Notes: generated from the letters alone by a model not told the origin. DNA of 64,000 nt from Nitrospirota bacterium (GCA_024275955.1 JAJRYD010000005.1:7480-71479); one strand, 5' to 3'; positions 49,292-59,665 are shown, counted from the first letter of the stretch. A program made the numbers and translations.

Positions 49292-50722
49292 ATGCCAAGC
49301 TTTATAGATAAACTAAGCAACAGCGCTAAAAACCTGTCTGCTCTGGCTATCCTTCTCCCGCTTTTTGTCCTTAACAGCCTCGCCTTATGGTACTTCTCCC
49401 CCACCCCGTTTTACCCTGATGAGATGATGCACTACGCGTTAATCTCGCATATAGATAGATATGGCGGGACGCCGGCAGTAGGCGACAAAATAAAAAAACG
49501 AGAAAAAATTTTCCACATGAACTTCGGTTATGGAAACTATAAAACAGCAGATGGCGGCAAAGGGTTTGCCGAAGATATTACTAAAGAAGTAGCTAACGGC
49601 TGGAAAGAGTTAGATTCCCCCGTAGAGCAGATGACGGAGAAAGCCCCTACCTATTACATTGTCGGAGCATGGTTCAAAAAACTTGTTCTTGGCAACAGCA
49701 GTGATATCTTCACGGAGCTTGTTACGCTAAGGTTATACTCACTTATTTTATGGGCTTTCACCGTCTTTGCTATGGCTGGCATAATGCGCGAAGCATTTCC
49801 AGAGAACCGCCTCTACCAGATGCTCGGGCTTGGGCTTATAGGGTTTAACCCGCGCTTTACCGCCGCGGGGGTTTCTGTCAATTCCGACATGCTTGGAATA
49901 CTTATAATGACGCTTCTCCTCTGGAGGATGATGGTCTTGATAAGGTCGGACTCGCTTAAAACCTTTAACACTCTTTTGTGCTTTGCGCTTTCGCTTATAG
50001 CACTAATGGCCGAACCTCAAATGGTACTTGCTATACCGTACATGGTTCTTGCTGTGGTTATCGGCCATCACCGAAAATTCGACAAAAAAAAGATGGCGAT
50101 TCTTTTGGGAACTCTCTTTCTGCTTTTCATTGTAGAGGCTCTAGCCTATCACTATTTCTTTCGGCAGACGGGTGCCGGCAAGTCGATATTCGATATCGGC
50201 AGAAGATCTATTTTCGACCCTGAAATAATATATTTCTTCTACAGAACATTCTCCGATATTTTCATAATACCGTTTATCTCTGTCATAGATAAGGAACAGC
50301 CGTTCCAAGTATTCTTTCAATACTGGGCCTACGCTCTACCCGGAAGGGCCGAAGGGTACGCCGTAATCGACCAGATAAACCTTGTAGTCCTAAAAGTTTT
50401 CGTATGGACAGGAATGATAGGGATGACTCTCGCCGTAATAAAACAAAAAGTTACCCGCATAGAGCTATTTCTTATCACAATAGCAGTTTCATGGTGGCTA
50501 TGGATAAACCTTCTTACATGGATAGTCTCGGAAGCTCCGTACAGTTTTCTACAGGGACGGTTTTTCTTCCCCGTGATAGGAGCAACAATACCGGCCCTTA
50601 TAATAGGATGCTTCCACTTTATAAAAGAAAGAAGAGAACCGTTTGCCAAAGCGGGGCTATTGTTTATTATTTTCTATTTCGAATTTGAAACAATCAAAAC
50701 CGCATTATTGGCATTCAAATGA
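49292..50722 (+). CDS. GT-C-like polytopic membrane protein (putative glycosyltransferase, DUF2142-like)
   Basis: 476 aa, ~12 TM. PFYPDEMMHYALISHI loop after TM1 and GVSVNSDMLGILIMTLLLW, both paralogous to the C-terminal domain of 9932..11992. Confidence 0.6.
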   Translation: MPSFIDKLSNSAKNLSALAILLPLFVLNSLALWYFSPTPFYPDEMMHYALISHIDRYGGTPAVGDKIKKREKIFHMNFGYGNYKTADGGKGFAEDITKEVANGWKELDSPVEQMTEKAPTYYIVGAWFKKLVLGNSSDIFTELVTLRLYSLILWAFTVFAMAGIMREAFPENRLYQMLGLGLIGFNPRFTAAGVSVNSDMLGILIMTLLLWRMMVLIRSDSLKTFNTLLCFALSLIALMAEPQMVLAIPYMVLAVVIGHHRKFDKKKMAILLGTLFLLFIVEALAYHYFFRQTGAGKSIFDIGRRSIFDPEIIYFFYRTFSDIFIIPFISVIDKEQPFQVFFQYWAYALPGRAEGYAVIDQINLVVLKVFVWTGMIGMTLAVIKQKVTRIELFLITIAVSWWLWINLLTWIVSEAPYSFLQGRFFFPVIGATIPALIIGCFHFIKERREPFAKAGLLFIIFYFEFETIKTALLAFK

Positions 50723-51357
50723 AAAAAATCTATCAAACAATTTTTATCGGGCTGTTGATCATTCCGTTTGTTCTTATGATTACCTCGAAAACAAAAGAGG
50801 TATACGGCACTGCGCTTTCTGCGCATTTTACGGTGGTAAAAGCCGAAAAACAGCTTTCCTCCAAAGCGGTAAAGAGCAAGGGCGCTAACGGGGTTTTAAT
50901 CTGCTGGAAAAATATTTTTGAAAGCGGACAACGTGTCGCCGGAATAACAATCAACGAAGCTTCCAAAAACCTTGTGTTGTCGGCACAACAGGTATCTGCC
51001 ATCCATACCTGCATGGAGGCACATACCGGAAAAATAGCCTACGAAACAAAAAAGAGATACGGGAAAAAGCCGAATTTTGAGCCGCTACCTGAGATAATCA
51101 AAATTACGGCATTCCCTGCCGATGGCAAGCAATTAGAAATAATGACAGACGAAGATGGCTACCTTAAAGTCTGGCTTTTAAAGGAAGAATGGTTTGGCGA
51201 ACGGTTTTTTTACCACCTTGCCCAGATAGTTGAAAGAGCTGGCCAGTACAAACCTGTTTCAAGCTTTTTTGGCTACATACTGTTATTCCTATGGCTGGCT
51301 GGAACTGTAGTGACAGCTTTTATTATAATAAGAGAAAAGCAGACGGAGCCTCTCTAG
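50719..51357 (+). CDS. hypothetical bitopic membrane protein
   Basis: 212 aa. N- and C-terminal TM helices. Overlaps the upstream gene (ATGA) and abuts the cytochrome gene. Confidence 0.5.
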   Translation: MKKIYQTIFIGLLIIPFVLMITSKTKEVYGTALSAHFTVVKAEKQLSSKAVKSKGANGVLICWKNIFESGQRVAGITINEASKNLVLSAQQVSAIHTCMEAHTGKIAYETKKRYGKKPNFEPLPEIIKITAFPADGKQLEIMTDEDGYLKVWLLKEEWFGERFFYHLAQIVERAGQYKPVSSFFGYILLFLWLAGTVVTAFIIIREKQTEPL

Positions 51358-51358
51358 C

Positions 51359-52507
51359 ATGAACTGGAAGAAAACTTTACGCCTAGCTTTAATATTGTCG
51401 CTCACTGTTTTTTTCGTCCACCGTTTCACTATGGATCTACATTTCTTTAGCGTTACGGAAAGGTTTGAAAGGCCGCAGCCGGTAAAGATACCAAAAGGGC
51501 TAACCGGCATAAGCGCGAAAGACTGCGGTACCTGCCACGAGGAGATTTACAACGAATGGAAAACGACAATTCACTCGCAGGCATGGACAGACCCCTATTT
51601 CCAAGTAGACTTTAAATACGACCGTTACCCGCAGATATGCCTTAACTGCCATACACCGCTTGAAAACCAGCAAGAGAACCTTGTTACAGGCTTTAGCGAC
51701 GAGGCGAAGTTCCGCCCAATCCTTGAGCCAAACCCTAACTTCGACCCAGAACTGAGAGACGAAGGGGTGACATGCGCCGTATGCCATATAAAGGACGGCG
51801 TTATAGTCGGCTCGTACGACATAGAAACAACAGCCCACCCAGTCCGCAAATACGAGCGGTTTTTGGACGGCAGAGGTATCTGTCAAAGGTGCCATATGGT
51901 ACCTAGCGTAAACAGGTGGGATTACTTTCTAAAACTTCCGCCGTGTGGAAATTTTGCGGAAATAGAAGCAGGAGGCAAAAAAGCCGACTGCGTTAAATGC
52001 CATATGCCGGAGGTAGAAAGGCCACTCGTGGAAGACGGCCCTGTGCGAAAAACAGGCAGGCACTTCTGGCGCGGCGGACACGACCCGAAGATGGTAAAAA
52101 AAGCGGCAGAGATAACACTGGCAGAAAACAGCTCCGCAAATAAAAAAACTTTTACGCTCCATATAAAGAACGCAGGCACGGAACACCGCTTCCCCACAGG
52201 AACTCCAGACCGTCACTTAAGAATACTATTCAGGCTTCTGGATGAAAAAGGAAACGTAATAAAAGAAAAGAAACGTTTTATAGAAAGAACAATTCTCTGG
52301 AGACCGTTTATAGCCGATATATACGATAACCGCATCCGATACCTAGAAACCGCTTCGTATTCGTTTAGCCTAAAGGCCGGAGAGGGCGCTTTCCTAGAAG
52401 CAGAGGTAAGGTACGGCCTGTTGCGTGAAAGCCGAAGAAGGCGCATAGGGTACGAAAACAGCGAGCCTATCCACTACCGTATCTTTTACAAAAAGGTTCC
52501 GCTTTAG
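51359..52507 (+). CDS. pentaheme c-type cytochrome with N-terminal membrane anchor
   Basis: 382 aa. Five CXXCH motifs (CGTCH, CLNCH, CAVCH, CQRCH, CVKCH). N-terminal TM/signal anchor. Confidence 0.8.
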   Translation: MNWKKTLRLALILSLTVFFVHRFTMDLHFFSVTERFERPQPVKIPKGLTGISAKDCGTCHEEIYNEWKTTIHSQAWTDPYFQVDFKYDRYPQICLNCHTPLENQQENLVTGFSDEAKFRPILEPNPNFDPELRDEGVTCAVCHIKDGVIVGSYDIETTAHPVRKYERFLDGRGICQRCHMVPSVNRWDYFLKLPPCGNFAEIEAGGKKADCVKCHMPEVERPLVEDGPVRKTGRHFWRGGHDPKMVKKAAEITLAENSSANKKTFTLHIKNAGTEHRFPTGTPDRHLRILFRLLDEKGNVIKEKKRFIERTILWRPFIADIYDNRIRYLETASYSFSLKAGEGAFLEAEVRYGLLRESRRRRIGYENSEPIHYRIFYKKVPL

Positions 52508-52555
52508 CCGACACGCCCGCACAGCTTGACAGCTTTTTAGCTTCGCTGTTACTAA

Positions 52556-52975
52556 CTAGCAGGCACCCCGATACCCTGCTTCGCACCCCTTTTCATAGTC
52601 GGCCTTAGCCTTACCCATCTCACCCATTATTTCGTTTGCCTGCCCGCGCACATAGTATGCCTCGCCCAGCTTTGGGTCAAGTTCTATCGCTTTATTGAGG
52701 TCTTTAAACGCGCCGTCGATATCTCCGGTATCTTTCTTCGCTTTTCCTCTAAGCGCGTATGCCGGAGCATACTTGGCATCTTCTATAATAGCCTTATTGG
52801 TAAGGTCGATAACTTTGGAATAGTTGGCGCTTCCATACGCGCCGCGCGCCTCTTGGACAAGACCTTTTACCTTCTTAGACGGACCACCGCCAAAAACGCC
52901 AAAATCAAAAGCCGAGGCTCCTGTAGCAAAAAAAGTAACGAGTGCCAGAAACAGTGTAAACGTTCTTATATTCAT
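52556..52975 (-). CDS. small secreted TPR-repeat protein
   Basis: Signal peptide FTLFLALVTFFATGASA. Two to three TPR-like repeats. C-terminal CEAGYRGAC. Confidence 0.55.
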   Translation of the reverse strand: MNIRTFTLFLALVTFFATGASAFDFGVFGGGPSKKVKGLVQEARGAYGSANYSKVIDLTNKAIIEDAKYAPAYALRGKAKKDTGDIDGAFKDLNKAIELDPKLGEAYYVRGQANEIMGEMGKAKADYEKGCEAGYRGAC

Positions 52976-53089
52976 TTTATATCCTTTCAGCATCTTCAGT
53001 TACCCCTATAGTAAAGCAAATCTCCGCACGAACAAAACCTGTTATTCCAATCAGCCTTTGCCATCCACCTTTCATTAGCACAGGCTGTT

Positions 53090-55978
53090 TTAGTTTTTCA
53101 GCCTCTCCAGCATCTTGACTATCGCCTTTCGCTCATCTTTAGAAGGACTCAGTGACAAAGCCTTTCTGTACAGTTTTTCGGCCTCCAGCGGGCGGTTAAG
53201 GCTGGAAGCATACAGCCCAGCCAGATTAACCAGACCTAGAAAATAGTTTTCTTCTACGCTTATAGCCGCCTTGAATTCCTGCTCCGCTTCAAGCGCCATC
53301 CCCGCTTTTGCAAAAAACATCCCCTTTAGAAAATGCAGTTGGGAGGCGAACCAGCCGTCACTGTCGAGACGCTCGGTGTCTTCAAGCATCCGCAACCCCA
53401 TCTCTGCCTTGCCGCTTGCCACCGCAGAGGTAATCGCCGAAAGGTTAAGAGTTATATTTGCGTATCTAGCGTCTAGGTTGTCGCTGTTGACTTTAAGCGA
53501 GCGGTTGTAATAACCGGCGGCGCGTCCTTTCTTTCCGTTGCTTTTTTCTACCTGCCCCGCAAAGAAGATAGACTGCGATTCAAAATACCTCTTAAATATA
53601 TCTCTTTGCCTGTCCGATGCAAAGAGGCCGTCGGGAAATTTGCGGTAGCGCAGTAAACCAGCAAGGTTATCACCTTTCACCGCCACACCCTCATCGCCTA
53701 CACGCGGAGAGGTAAACTCTACAACCGGCCAATCGTCGTACAAAGGTTTTACGCCGTCTACAAACTTTTTAAGCTGTTCCTTATTCATCATATAATCGGA
53801 GACAAGCTGGTAAACATTGGTAACGCCTATCTCCTCTAGGCTCGCTTTTATCTCCGGCTTTTCCATTCTTTCGCGGATTCTTTCGACATCAATGCCGATT
53901 TTATCGTCAGAGCCTATCATTATCGCGTCCCACTTCGTGTACCACATATCGACATACCGGAACGACTCGAGAAACGCGGCGACCAGCATTTTAAAATCAA
54001 CTTTAGAAAGATGGTGAAGCGGTATCCATTGGGAAACTATCCCCCCTTTTTTCAGCCTATCTTTATGAAGAAGATAATATTCTTTGGTATAGAGAGAAAC
54101 GACACCGGCATTAGAGGGGGGAGGAGGCTCTGACGATATAAAATCGAACTTTCTTTTACTCGTCAAAAGAAAGCTCCTCCCATCTTCTTCTATCAATCTT
54201 GCTTTGCCGTTATCGAGAAGGCTCATATTCCCATCGGCAAAATAAGAGCCTGCTCTAAAAACTTCCGGCGAGATATCGACAACTGTAATATCGTCGAGGC
54301 CATGCGCCAGCGCCGCGCCGGCGGTAGAGCCTGTTCCAAAACATATTACAAGCCCGCTCTTAGGACCGTGGTGTAAAAGAAGCGGTATATGTGCCTGAAG
54401 CCTTTCCAGTTGTAGCGCTTCCCGAAACACTCCTGCTATCGGATCGCCGTTTATCCATATCCTTTTTACAGGTTTATGGCCTATAGACATATCGGTAGGG
54501 GTAGAAGAAACCATCACCGCGGCGGACGGCCCCTCTTCGTAAAACAAAACTGTGCTACCGCCGTCAAGTTTCTGCACGCTAAGCAGGTAGCCGACATCAC
54601 TCCTCAAGATAAAAAGCGTAAGCGGAATAATAATGACGGCAAAAGCCGGATTCCAAACACGGCTCTCTTTTTTGTATCTCGCGTTCAAAAGATAAACCCC
54701 GCTTGCGACAGCGATTAACGAAATAATTACGATACTTTTATGAACCCCCAGCATAGGTATTAAAAAGTAACCGGCAAACAGAGAACCGAGTACGCACCCT
54801 AATGTATTTACGGCGTAAAGCCTGCCGACCTCCCCCCCAAGCTTATCTGCTCTAAAAGAGATAGTTTTTACTATCAGCGGCATACCGCCGCCCATAAGGA
54901 ACGTCGATGGAAAAACTATAAAGAAGGAAAATAGTATCGCAGGCACAAGACGCTCGCCTCCGGGAATCATCTCGACAAAAATATTGCCGCTTCCAAACAG
55001 GCTGTTGAGAGTTTCGACAATAAAACTGCTATGCGAAAGTCCGGCGAGAGAGAGAATAGCAAAAAATCCTATACCTACCTGAAAGAACGCGAACAGACGT
55101 CCGCCATTGACAGATTTCCATCTGGGCCTTGCCATCACGGCACTCCCAGCCCCTATTCCCATAAGGAAAATGGTTAGTATCATGGCAAACGCGTATGTAG
55201 TGTTGTTTAAAAGCAGAACCAGCACTCTGGTCCATAGCACTTCGAGAGCTAGCGCGCAAAAGCCCGAAACTCCAAAAAGAACTACAAGCATTCCGTCCTT
55301 TGCCACACCAGAATCTTTCTTAATATCCGGCACTCTAGCCGGAGTACCTTCCTTCTCGCGCAGAACTATCCAGACAAAAAAGCCTATCAGCAGATTTATT
55401 ACCGCGCCGATACGCAATGTTTCTGAAAGGCCAAAAAGCTCTATCATCAAAAAACCGGCAGCTACACAGCCTGTCATAGCGCCGAATGTGTTTACCGCGT
55501 ATAGCTTCCCTACGGAACTGCCGGCATCTTTTTTACTATCTGCCATATACCGCGATAAAGCCGGTAGCGTGCCGCCCATAAGAATGGTCGGGACGGCAAG
55601 AAGAATGATTGCGAGAGTGAGACGAAGCACTATCAGATAAAACGATACCCCTTCGTTGCCAGAGTGTAAAAGCAGGTAGACCTTTTCCATTAGGCCAAGC
55701 AAAAAAGGAAAAAGAAGCACATAAACCCCAAGAGCTATCTCTAAACCAGCGTAGAGACGAAGACAGCGCGCCCCCTTGTCGATAAGCCGTCCAAAAATTT
55801 CCGAGCCTAGCCCAAGCCCTCCGAGAAATGCCACAAGAACCGCGCTTACCGCGTAGATACTAACGCCTAGAAGCAGTGATAGCTGTCTAGCCCAGACAAT
55901 CTGATAAGCGAGCCCGACGGCACCGGAAATGAAGAATACGGTGTAGATTGAAATATGGCGGGACCGGAGGCTGTTCAT
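53090..55978 (-). CDS. fused MFS-like transporter / spermidine synthase-like (SpeE-fold methyltransferase-type) / TPR protein
   Basis: 962 aa. N-terminal ~480 aa with 12+ TM helices. A central domain with spermidine-synthase-like motifs (VICFGTGSTAGAAL...DITVVDISPEV...FDFISSEPPPP). C-terminal TPR repeats. Confidence 0.75.
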   Translation of the reverse strand: MNSLRSRHISIYTVFFISGAVGLAYQIVWARQLSLLLGVSIYAVSAVLVAFLGGLGLGSEIFGRLIDKGARCLRLYAGLEIALGVYVLLFPFLLGLMEKVYLLLHSGNEGVSFYLIVLRLTLAIILLAVPTILMGGTLPALSRYMADSKKDAGSSVGKLYAVNTFGAMTGCVAAGFLMIELFGLSETLRIGAVINLLIGFFVWIVLREKEGTPARVPDIKKDSGVAKDGMLVVLFGVSGFCALALEVLWTRVLVLLLNNTTYAFAMILTIFLMGIGAGSAVMARPRWKSVNGGRLFAFFQVGIGFFAILSLAGLSHSSFIVETLNSLFGSGNIFVEMIPGGERLVPAILFSFFIVFPSTFLMGGGMPLIVKTISFRADKLGGEVGRLYAVNTLGCVLGSLFAGYFLIPMLGVHKSIVIISLIAVASGVYLLNARYKKESRVWNPAFAVIIIPLTLFILRSDVGYLLSVQKLDGGSTVLFYEEGPSAAVMVSSTPTDMSIGHKPVKRIWINGDPIAGVFREALQLERLQAHIPLLLHHGPKSGLVICFGTGSTAGAALAHGLDDITVVDISPEVFRAGSYFADGNMSLLDNGKARLIEEDGRSFLLTSKRKFDFISSEPPPPSNAGVVSLYTKEYYLLHKDRLKKGGIVSQWIPLHHLSKVDFKMLVAAFLESFRYVDMWYTKWDAIMIGSDDKIGIDVERIRERMEKPEIKASLEEIGVTNVYQLVSDYMMNKEQLKKFVDGVKPLYDDWPVVEFTSPRVGDEGVAVKGDNLAGLLRYRKFPDGLFASDRQRDIFKRYFESQSIFFAGQVEKSNGKKGRAAGYYNRSLKVNSDNLDARYANITLNLSAITSAVASGKAEMGLRMLEDTERLDSDGWFASQLHFLKGMFFAKAGMALEAEQEFKAAISVEENYFLGLVNLAGLYASSLNRPLEAEKLYRKALSLSPSKDERKAIVKMLERLKN

Positions 55979-57009
55979 CTTAAAATATTTTTGGGAGGTT
56001 TAAACCGAACCTTCAGGTTTTTGGCAATCTCGCCAGCCAGTTTAATATCTAAAAAACCTATGCTCGATTTGCCTACCTCCGTGAACCAGATACTCCCTTG
56101 CGAATCAACCGCCATAGATACCGGCTTGGCTTTTGCCGTTGGAATATCAAAAGTCTGAAAATGTGATGCGCCCGGGCTGAACCTCAAAAGACGATTATCG
56201 GTATGCTGTATAAGCCAGATGTTGTCTTTTTTATCAATCGCTATTTCCTTAGTGCCTTTGTTCTTAGGGATAACAAACTCCCCCACGATTTTTTCTGCCT
56301 TAGGGTCGAACCGTGTAAGCTTGTTATCTACCATCTGAATGAACCATATAGACCCTTTAGAATCTACGACAGTTCCCATCGCCATCTGGGCCGACTCTGC
56401 TATTTTGTATTCCTTAAAGGTGCCGCTACTTGGTTCAAACTTTGTCAGCTTGTTTGTACTTCTTTGGATAAACCAAAGCCACCCATCCGCGCCTTGAGCT
56501 AAATCGTAAGAGTTACTGCTTTTGCTTGGGATTTTGTAGCCTCTAAATTCTTCGGATTTCGGATCAAAGCTTATGAGCAAATCGTTATTCCAGCCTAAAA
56601 GCCATACCAAGCCTTCACGCGCCACAAGTACAGACGCAGGTTTCGCTTTTGGAAACGGAAGTACATACTCTGTAAACTTTTTCGTATTTGGGTCGAACTT
56701 TCCAAGCGAGTTTGAATCTTCCTCAGAAAACCAGATAATACCGTCACCACCGACAGCGGTATCAATAGACCCGCTTTTAGAAGTAGGAATCTTGAACTGC
56801 TCTAGTTCCCTCGTTTTTGGTATAAACCGCGCAAGGGAGTTGTTGCTGTATTCCAAAAACCAGACATCACCATTTTGGTCTACGCTGATTCCTGTCGGAT
56901 ATGTGTTTGGTATCGGAAGCGGGTATTCCGTAATCATATCGCCCGCAAAAGAATGAGATGAAATGACCGCGGTAAAAAAAACTGCTGTTAAAAGCTTGAA
57001 AAGGGTCAT
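55975..57009 (-). CDS. secreted seven-bladed beta-propeller protein of the Vgb (streptogramin lyase)-like / NHL repeat type
   Basis: 344 aa with a signal peptide. Repeated blades of the form Y.IP......GI..D..G.IWF.E...N.L.RF.P.T.EF. Confidence 0.65.
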   Translation of the reverse strand: MTLFKLLTAVFFTAVISSHSFAGDMITEYPLPIPNTYPTGISVDQNGDVWFLEYSNNSLARFIPKTRELEQFKIPTSKSGSIDTAVGGDGIIWFSEEDSNSLGKFDPNTKKFTEYVLPFPKAKPASVLVAREGLVWLLGWNNDLLISFDPKSEEFRGYKIPSKSSNSYDLAQGADGWLWFIQRSTNKLTKFEPSSGTFKEYKIAESAQMAMGTVVDSKGSIWFIQMVDNKLTRFDPKAEKIVGEFVIPKNKGTKEIAIDKKDNIWLIQHTDNRLLRFSPGASHFQTFDIPTAKAKPVSMAVDSQGSIWFTEVGKSSIGFLDIKLAGEIAKNLKVRFKPPKNILR

Positions 57010-58334
57010 GAGTCCTTAATTTTAGAGCGGGAAACTATAAATACCAAAAGCCCAAAAGCTATTACGATAACGGCGACAACGCCTGCTATAGAGCTACCGC
57101 CGGCCTTTGCGCTCTCTTTCGCGATACTCTCCTCAGAGACAGTCTCCGATAGCTCCTTTACGGTAGAACGAACGACTCTCGCTATTCTGTTCGCGTTTCG
57201 ATCGCTTTGCGTAAACCATACATCACCTTTAGAATCAATTTTTATATCCATCGGCTGCGCGTGCATAGTGGGAATATCAAAAATGCTCCACTCAAGCTCG
57301 TTAGGGTCAAAAAAGCCTACACGGTTCATCATGCTGTCAACGAACCATATCTTCCCGTCATCTGCCGGCATTATAGATTGAGAAACAGCGTTAAACCCCG
57401 GAATATCGGCAACGCTAAAAATTCCCGGATCTGGCATAAACAGCCCTATCTGTTTTGTCCGCAACTGGCAAAACCAGAGTTTTCCATCTTTGTCGAACCT
57501 CATTACACCCGGCTGAGCGTTGTGTACATTTATCGGAAACTTCTTTAGCTTCTTCGTTTCGGGGTTGTAGCGTCCTATATAGTTGCCTACGACATCCCCC
57601 AGCCATATATTGCCATCGGCATCGCTTGTTATTCCCATCGGGTTTGCGCCGACGCCAAGGCTCATTTCAAATATTCTCTCCTCCTTTGGGTCGAGGTAGC
57701 CGAACTTACTAGCATTTTGTTCTATAAACCAGATGCGGCCTTTTGGGTCTTCCGTAAGGTCGTACGGGATGGAATTGGCTGTTGGAACCATTATCTCGGT
57801 AAATTCTTCTTTTGATGGATCGAAGCGGACTATGCTGTTCCCAAGTTGCATAACAAACCATATCATCCCGTCTCTTGCCACGATAACGTTACCCGGGTTG
57901 CCGACGCTGTAGTTCACTACCGTATCTTCAGGTGTTGTACGGTTTTGGGGGTCGTACTTCCAGTCGAGGCCATCAGTCAGGCCGACGGTTGACGGCACCC
58001 TGTATTCCTTTAGTTCTCCTGTCGACGGGTCAAACAGAGCCAAAGAGTTGCCGGCCATCTGCGTAATCCATATTCTGTCGCTAGAGTCTATAGCAAGCCC
58101 AAAAGGTGAGCTGTACTTTGTCGGGAGCTTAAATTCTTCAATCGTAGGATTAACAGAAGCAACAAACCCCTTGATTTGGGAAATTTTTGGAACAACAACA
58201 CCAGACACTCTGCCGCCGTTTGTGGAAGCAAAAGAGGCGGAAGAAAACAGAACAAACAGGAGCAGGGCCGCGAATGATGCGGCTAGTCTAGCTATACTGC
58301 CAGCACTCAGCTTACCATGTGAAAGTAGGTTCAT
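57006..58334 (-). CDS. Vgb/NHL-like beta-propeller protein with C-terminal TM anchor
   Basis: 442 aa. Signal peptide. Repeated GxxIWF...N.IGRFDP blades. C-terminal hydrophobic helix IAGVVAVIVIAFGLLVFIV. Confidence 0.65.
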   Translation of the reverse strand: MNLLSHGKLSAGSIARLAASFAALLLFVLFSSASFASTNGGRVSGVVVPKISQIKGFVASVNPTIEEFKLPTKYSSPFGLAIDSSDRIWITQMAGNSLALFDPSTGELKEYRVPSTVGLTDGLDWKYDPQNRTTPEDTVVNYSVGNPGNVIVARDGMIWFVMQLGNSIVRFDPSKEEFTEIMVPTANSIPYDLTEDPKGRIWFIEQNASKFGYLDPKEERIFEMSLGVGANPMGITSDADGNIWLGDVVGNYIGRYNPETKKLKKFPINVHNAQPGVMRFDKDGKLWFCQLRTKQIGLFMPDPGIFSVADIPGFNAVSQSIMPADDGKIWFVDSMMNRVGFFDPNELEWSIFDIPTMHAQPMDIKIDSKGDVWFTQSDRNANRIARVVRSTVKELSETVSEESIAKESAKAGGSSIAGVVAVIVIAFGLLVFIVSRSKIKDS

Positions 58335-59025
58335 ACATATGCCTCATCTGCCAGTTTGCGTCTTTGTATCCGCCGGCTTCTTCATTTTTGCTTTCGTAAA
58401 TCATATTGCCAGAGTTGTCAAGACCGCCGGATTTGCCAGCCCTATATTTGCCAACTCCAATCTGCCTCGCACGGTCGACCATGTAGTAGTTAAAAACATC
58501 CATCGGCGGTATAGCCATCCTGTGCCCCATAGCCGGATTATGGCACGAATCGCATCCTAAAATCTTGGCCTGATGCCCGCTCCTTACGACACCTACCATC
58601 AGCACAAAGAAGCAGACAAGCGCCGGGACGGCGTAGACAAAGCTTTTCTTAAAGCCGGACCGCATAGCCCTAGCCTTTTCCATAAGGCCTTTGAGGCCCG
58701 GGATACGGTCTAAAGGCAGTTTATGCATATACGGCAAAAGCACGAGGTATATCATTATGGCGATGGGAATAAGAGGCATTATGAAAAGATATTTCTTCAT
58801 CCGCCCTTTTAAATACCAAAACGGCATCCATAAAATCGTGAAAACCCACTCAGGGCCTGGCACATTGGCCCCATGATCCGGTAACGGAATCTCCATAGGG
58901 GCATCATCCGGTACAGGGAAAAGGTAGGCAAGCAACACTATAAGGGCTGTTGCTACCAACATAAGCAGAGCAAGCCGTAAAACATAGTGCGGCCACCATT
59001 TTATCTCTTTTTTATTTTCACTCAT
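58312..59025 (-). CDS. cytochrome b6f subunit-IV-like membrane domain fused to a monoheme cytochrome c (QcrC-like)
   Basis: PGPEWVF (PEW motif of the cytochrome b C-terminal half / subunit IV) and 3 TM helices. C-terminal CDSCH heme motif with a downstream Met. Start taken at the internal Met. Confidence 0.6.
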   Translation of the reverse strand: MSENKKEIKWWPHYVLRLALLMLVATALIVLLAYLFPVPDDAPMEIPLPDHGANVPGPEWVFTILWMPFWYLKGRMKKYLFIMPLIPIAIMIYLVLLPYMHKLPLDRIPGLKGLMEKARAMRSGFKKSFVYAVPALVCFFVLMVGVVRSGHQAKILGCDSCHNPAMGHRMAIPPMDVFNYYMVDRARQIGVGKYRAGKSGGLDNSGNMIYESKNEEAGGYKDANWQMRHMYEPTFTW

Positions 59026-59029
59026 AGCG

Positions 59030-59665
59030 TCATACCCTGTCTGAAAGGCCAAGACGCCTCTCAAGTATTATATGGATCAACAACGCCCCAAACAATAAAG
59101 TGGGCAGAATGAAAACATGGGCTATATAGTTTCTTCCAAGAGTGAAGTATTTAAGCATCGGCCCTTTCAGATAGGAACCGAGCAGGGGAATGTTGTCTAC
59201 CCAGTCGGCCCAGATTATAAGCTCCCAGTAGCTACGCCAATCCCACGGAACGATTATGCCGGTAATAAGAAGAAGGAAAAAAAGAAAACCCATAAAAAGA
59301 CCTATCCACCAGTTAATCTCTCTTGGCGCGCGGTACGCTTTTTTAGCTATTATATGAAACATATGAATTACCAGAAAGAACACCCCAAAAGTAGAACTCC
59401 AGCGGTGTACATTTCGGAATATTGCCCCGAAGGTAGCCTCGTTGCACATAGATTTTATACTTTCATGTGCCAAATCCGGCACCGGAACATAATACGAAGC
59501 CATATATATGCCTGTAATTACCTGAATTACGATGCACCCTATTGTCAGGCCACCGAAGTATGTCCAAAAGCTCCAGTGTTCCGGCATAGTGAACGCTATA
59601 TGATCCCTGTAAAAGCCTTTCACTCCCAGCCGTACGTCAATCCAGTCTATTAAGCGTTCAAACAT
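59030..59665 (-). CDS. cytochrome b6-like di-heme cytochrome b (N-terminal half of cytochrome b, 4 TM)
   Basis: His pairs in helices B and D (VHRWSSTFGVFFLVIHMFH; AHVFILPTLLFGALLIH), typical of PetB/QcrB. Start taken at the internal Met to avoid overlap. Confidence 0.75.
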   Translation of the reverse strand: MFERLIDWIDVRLGVKGFYRDHIAFTMPEHWSFWTYFGGLTIGCIVIQVITGIYMASYYVPVPDLAHESIKSMCNEATFGAIFRNVHRWSSTFGVFFLVIHMFHIIAKKAYRAPREINWWIGLFMGFLFFLLLITGIIVPWDWRSYWELIIWADWVDNIPLLGSYLKGPMLKYFTLGRNYIAHVFILPTLLFGALLIHIILERRLGLSDRV

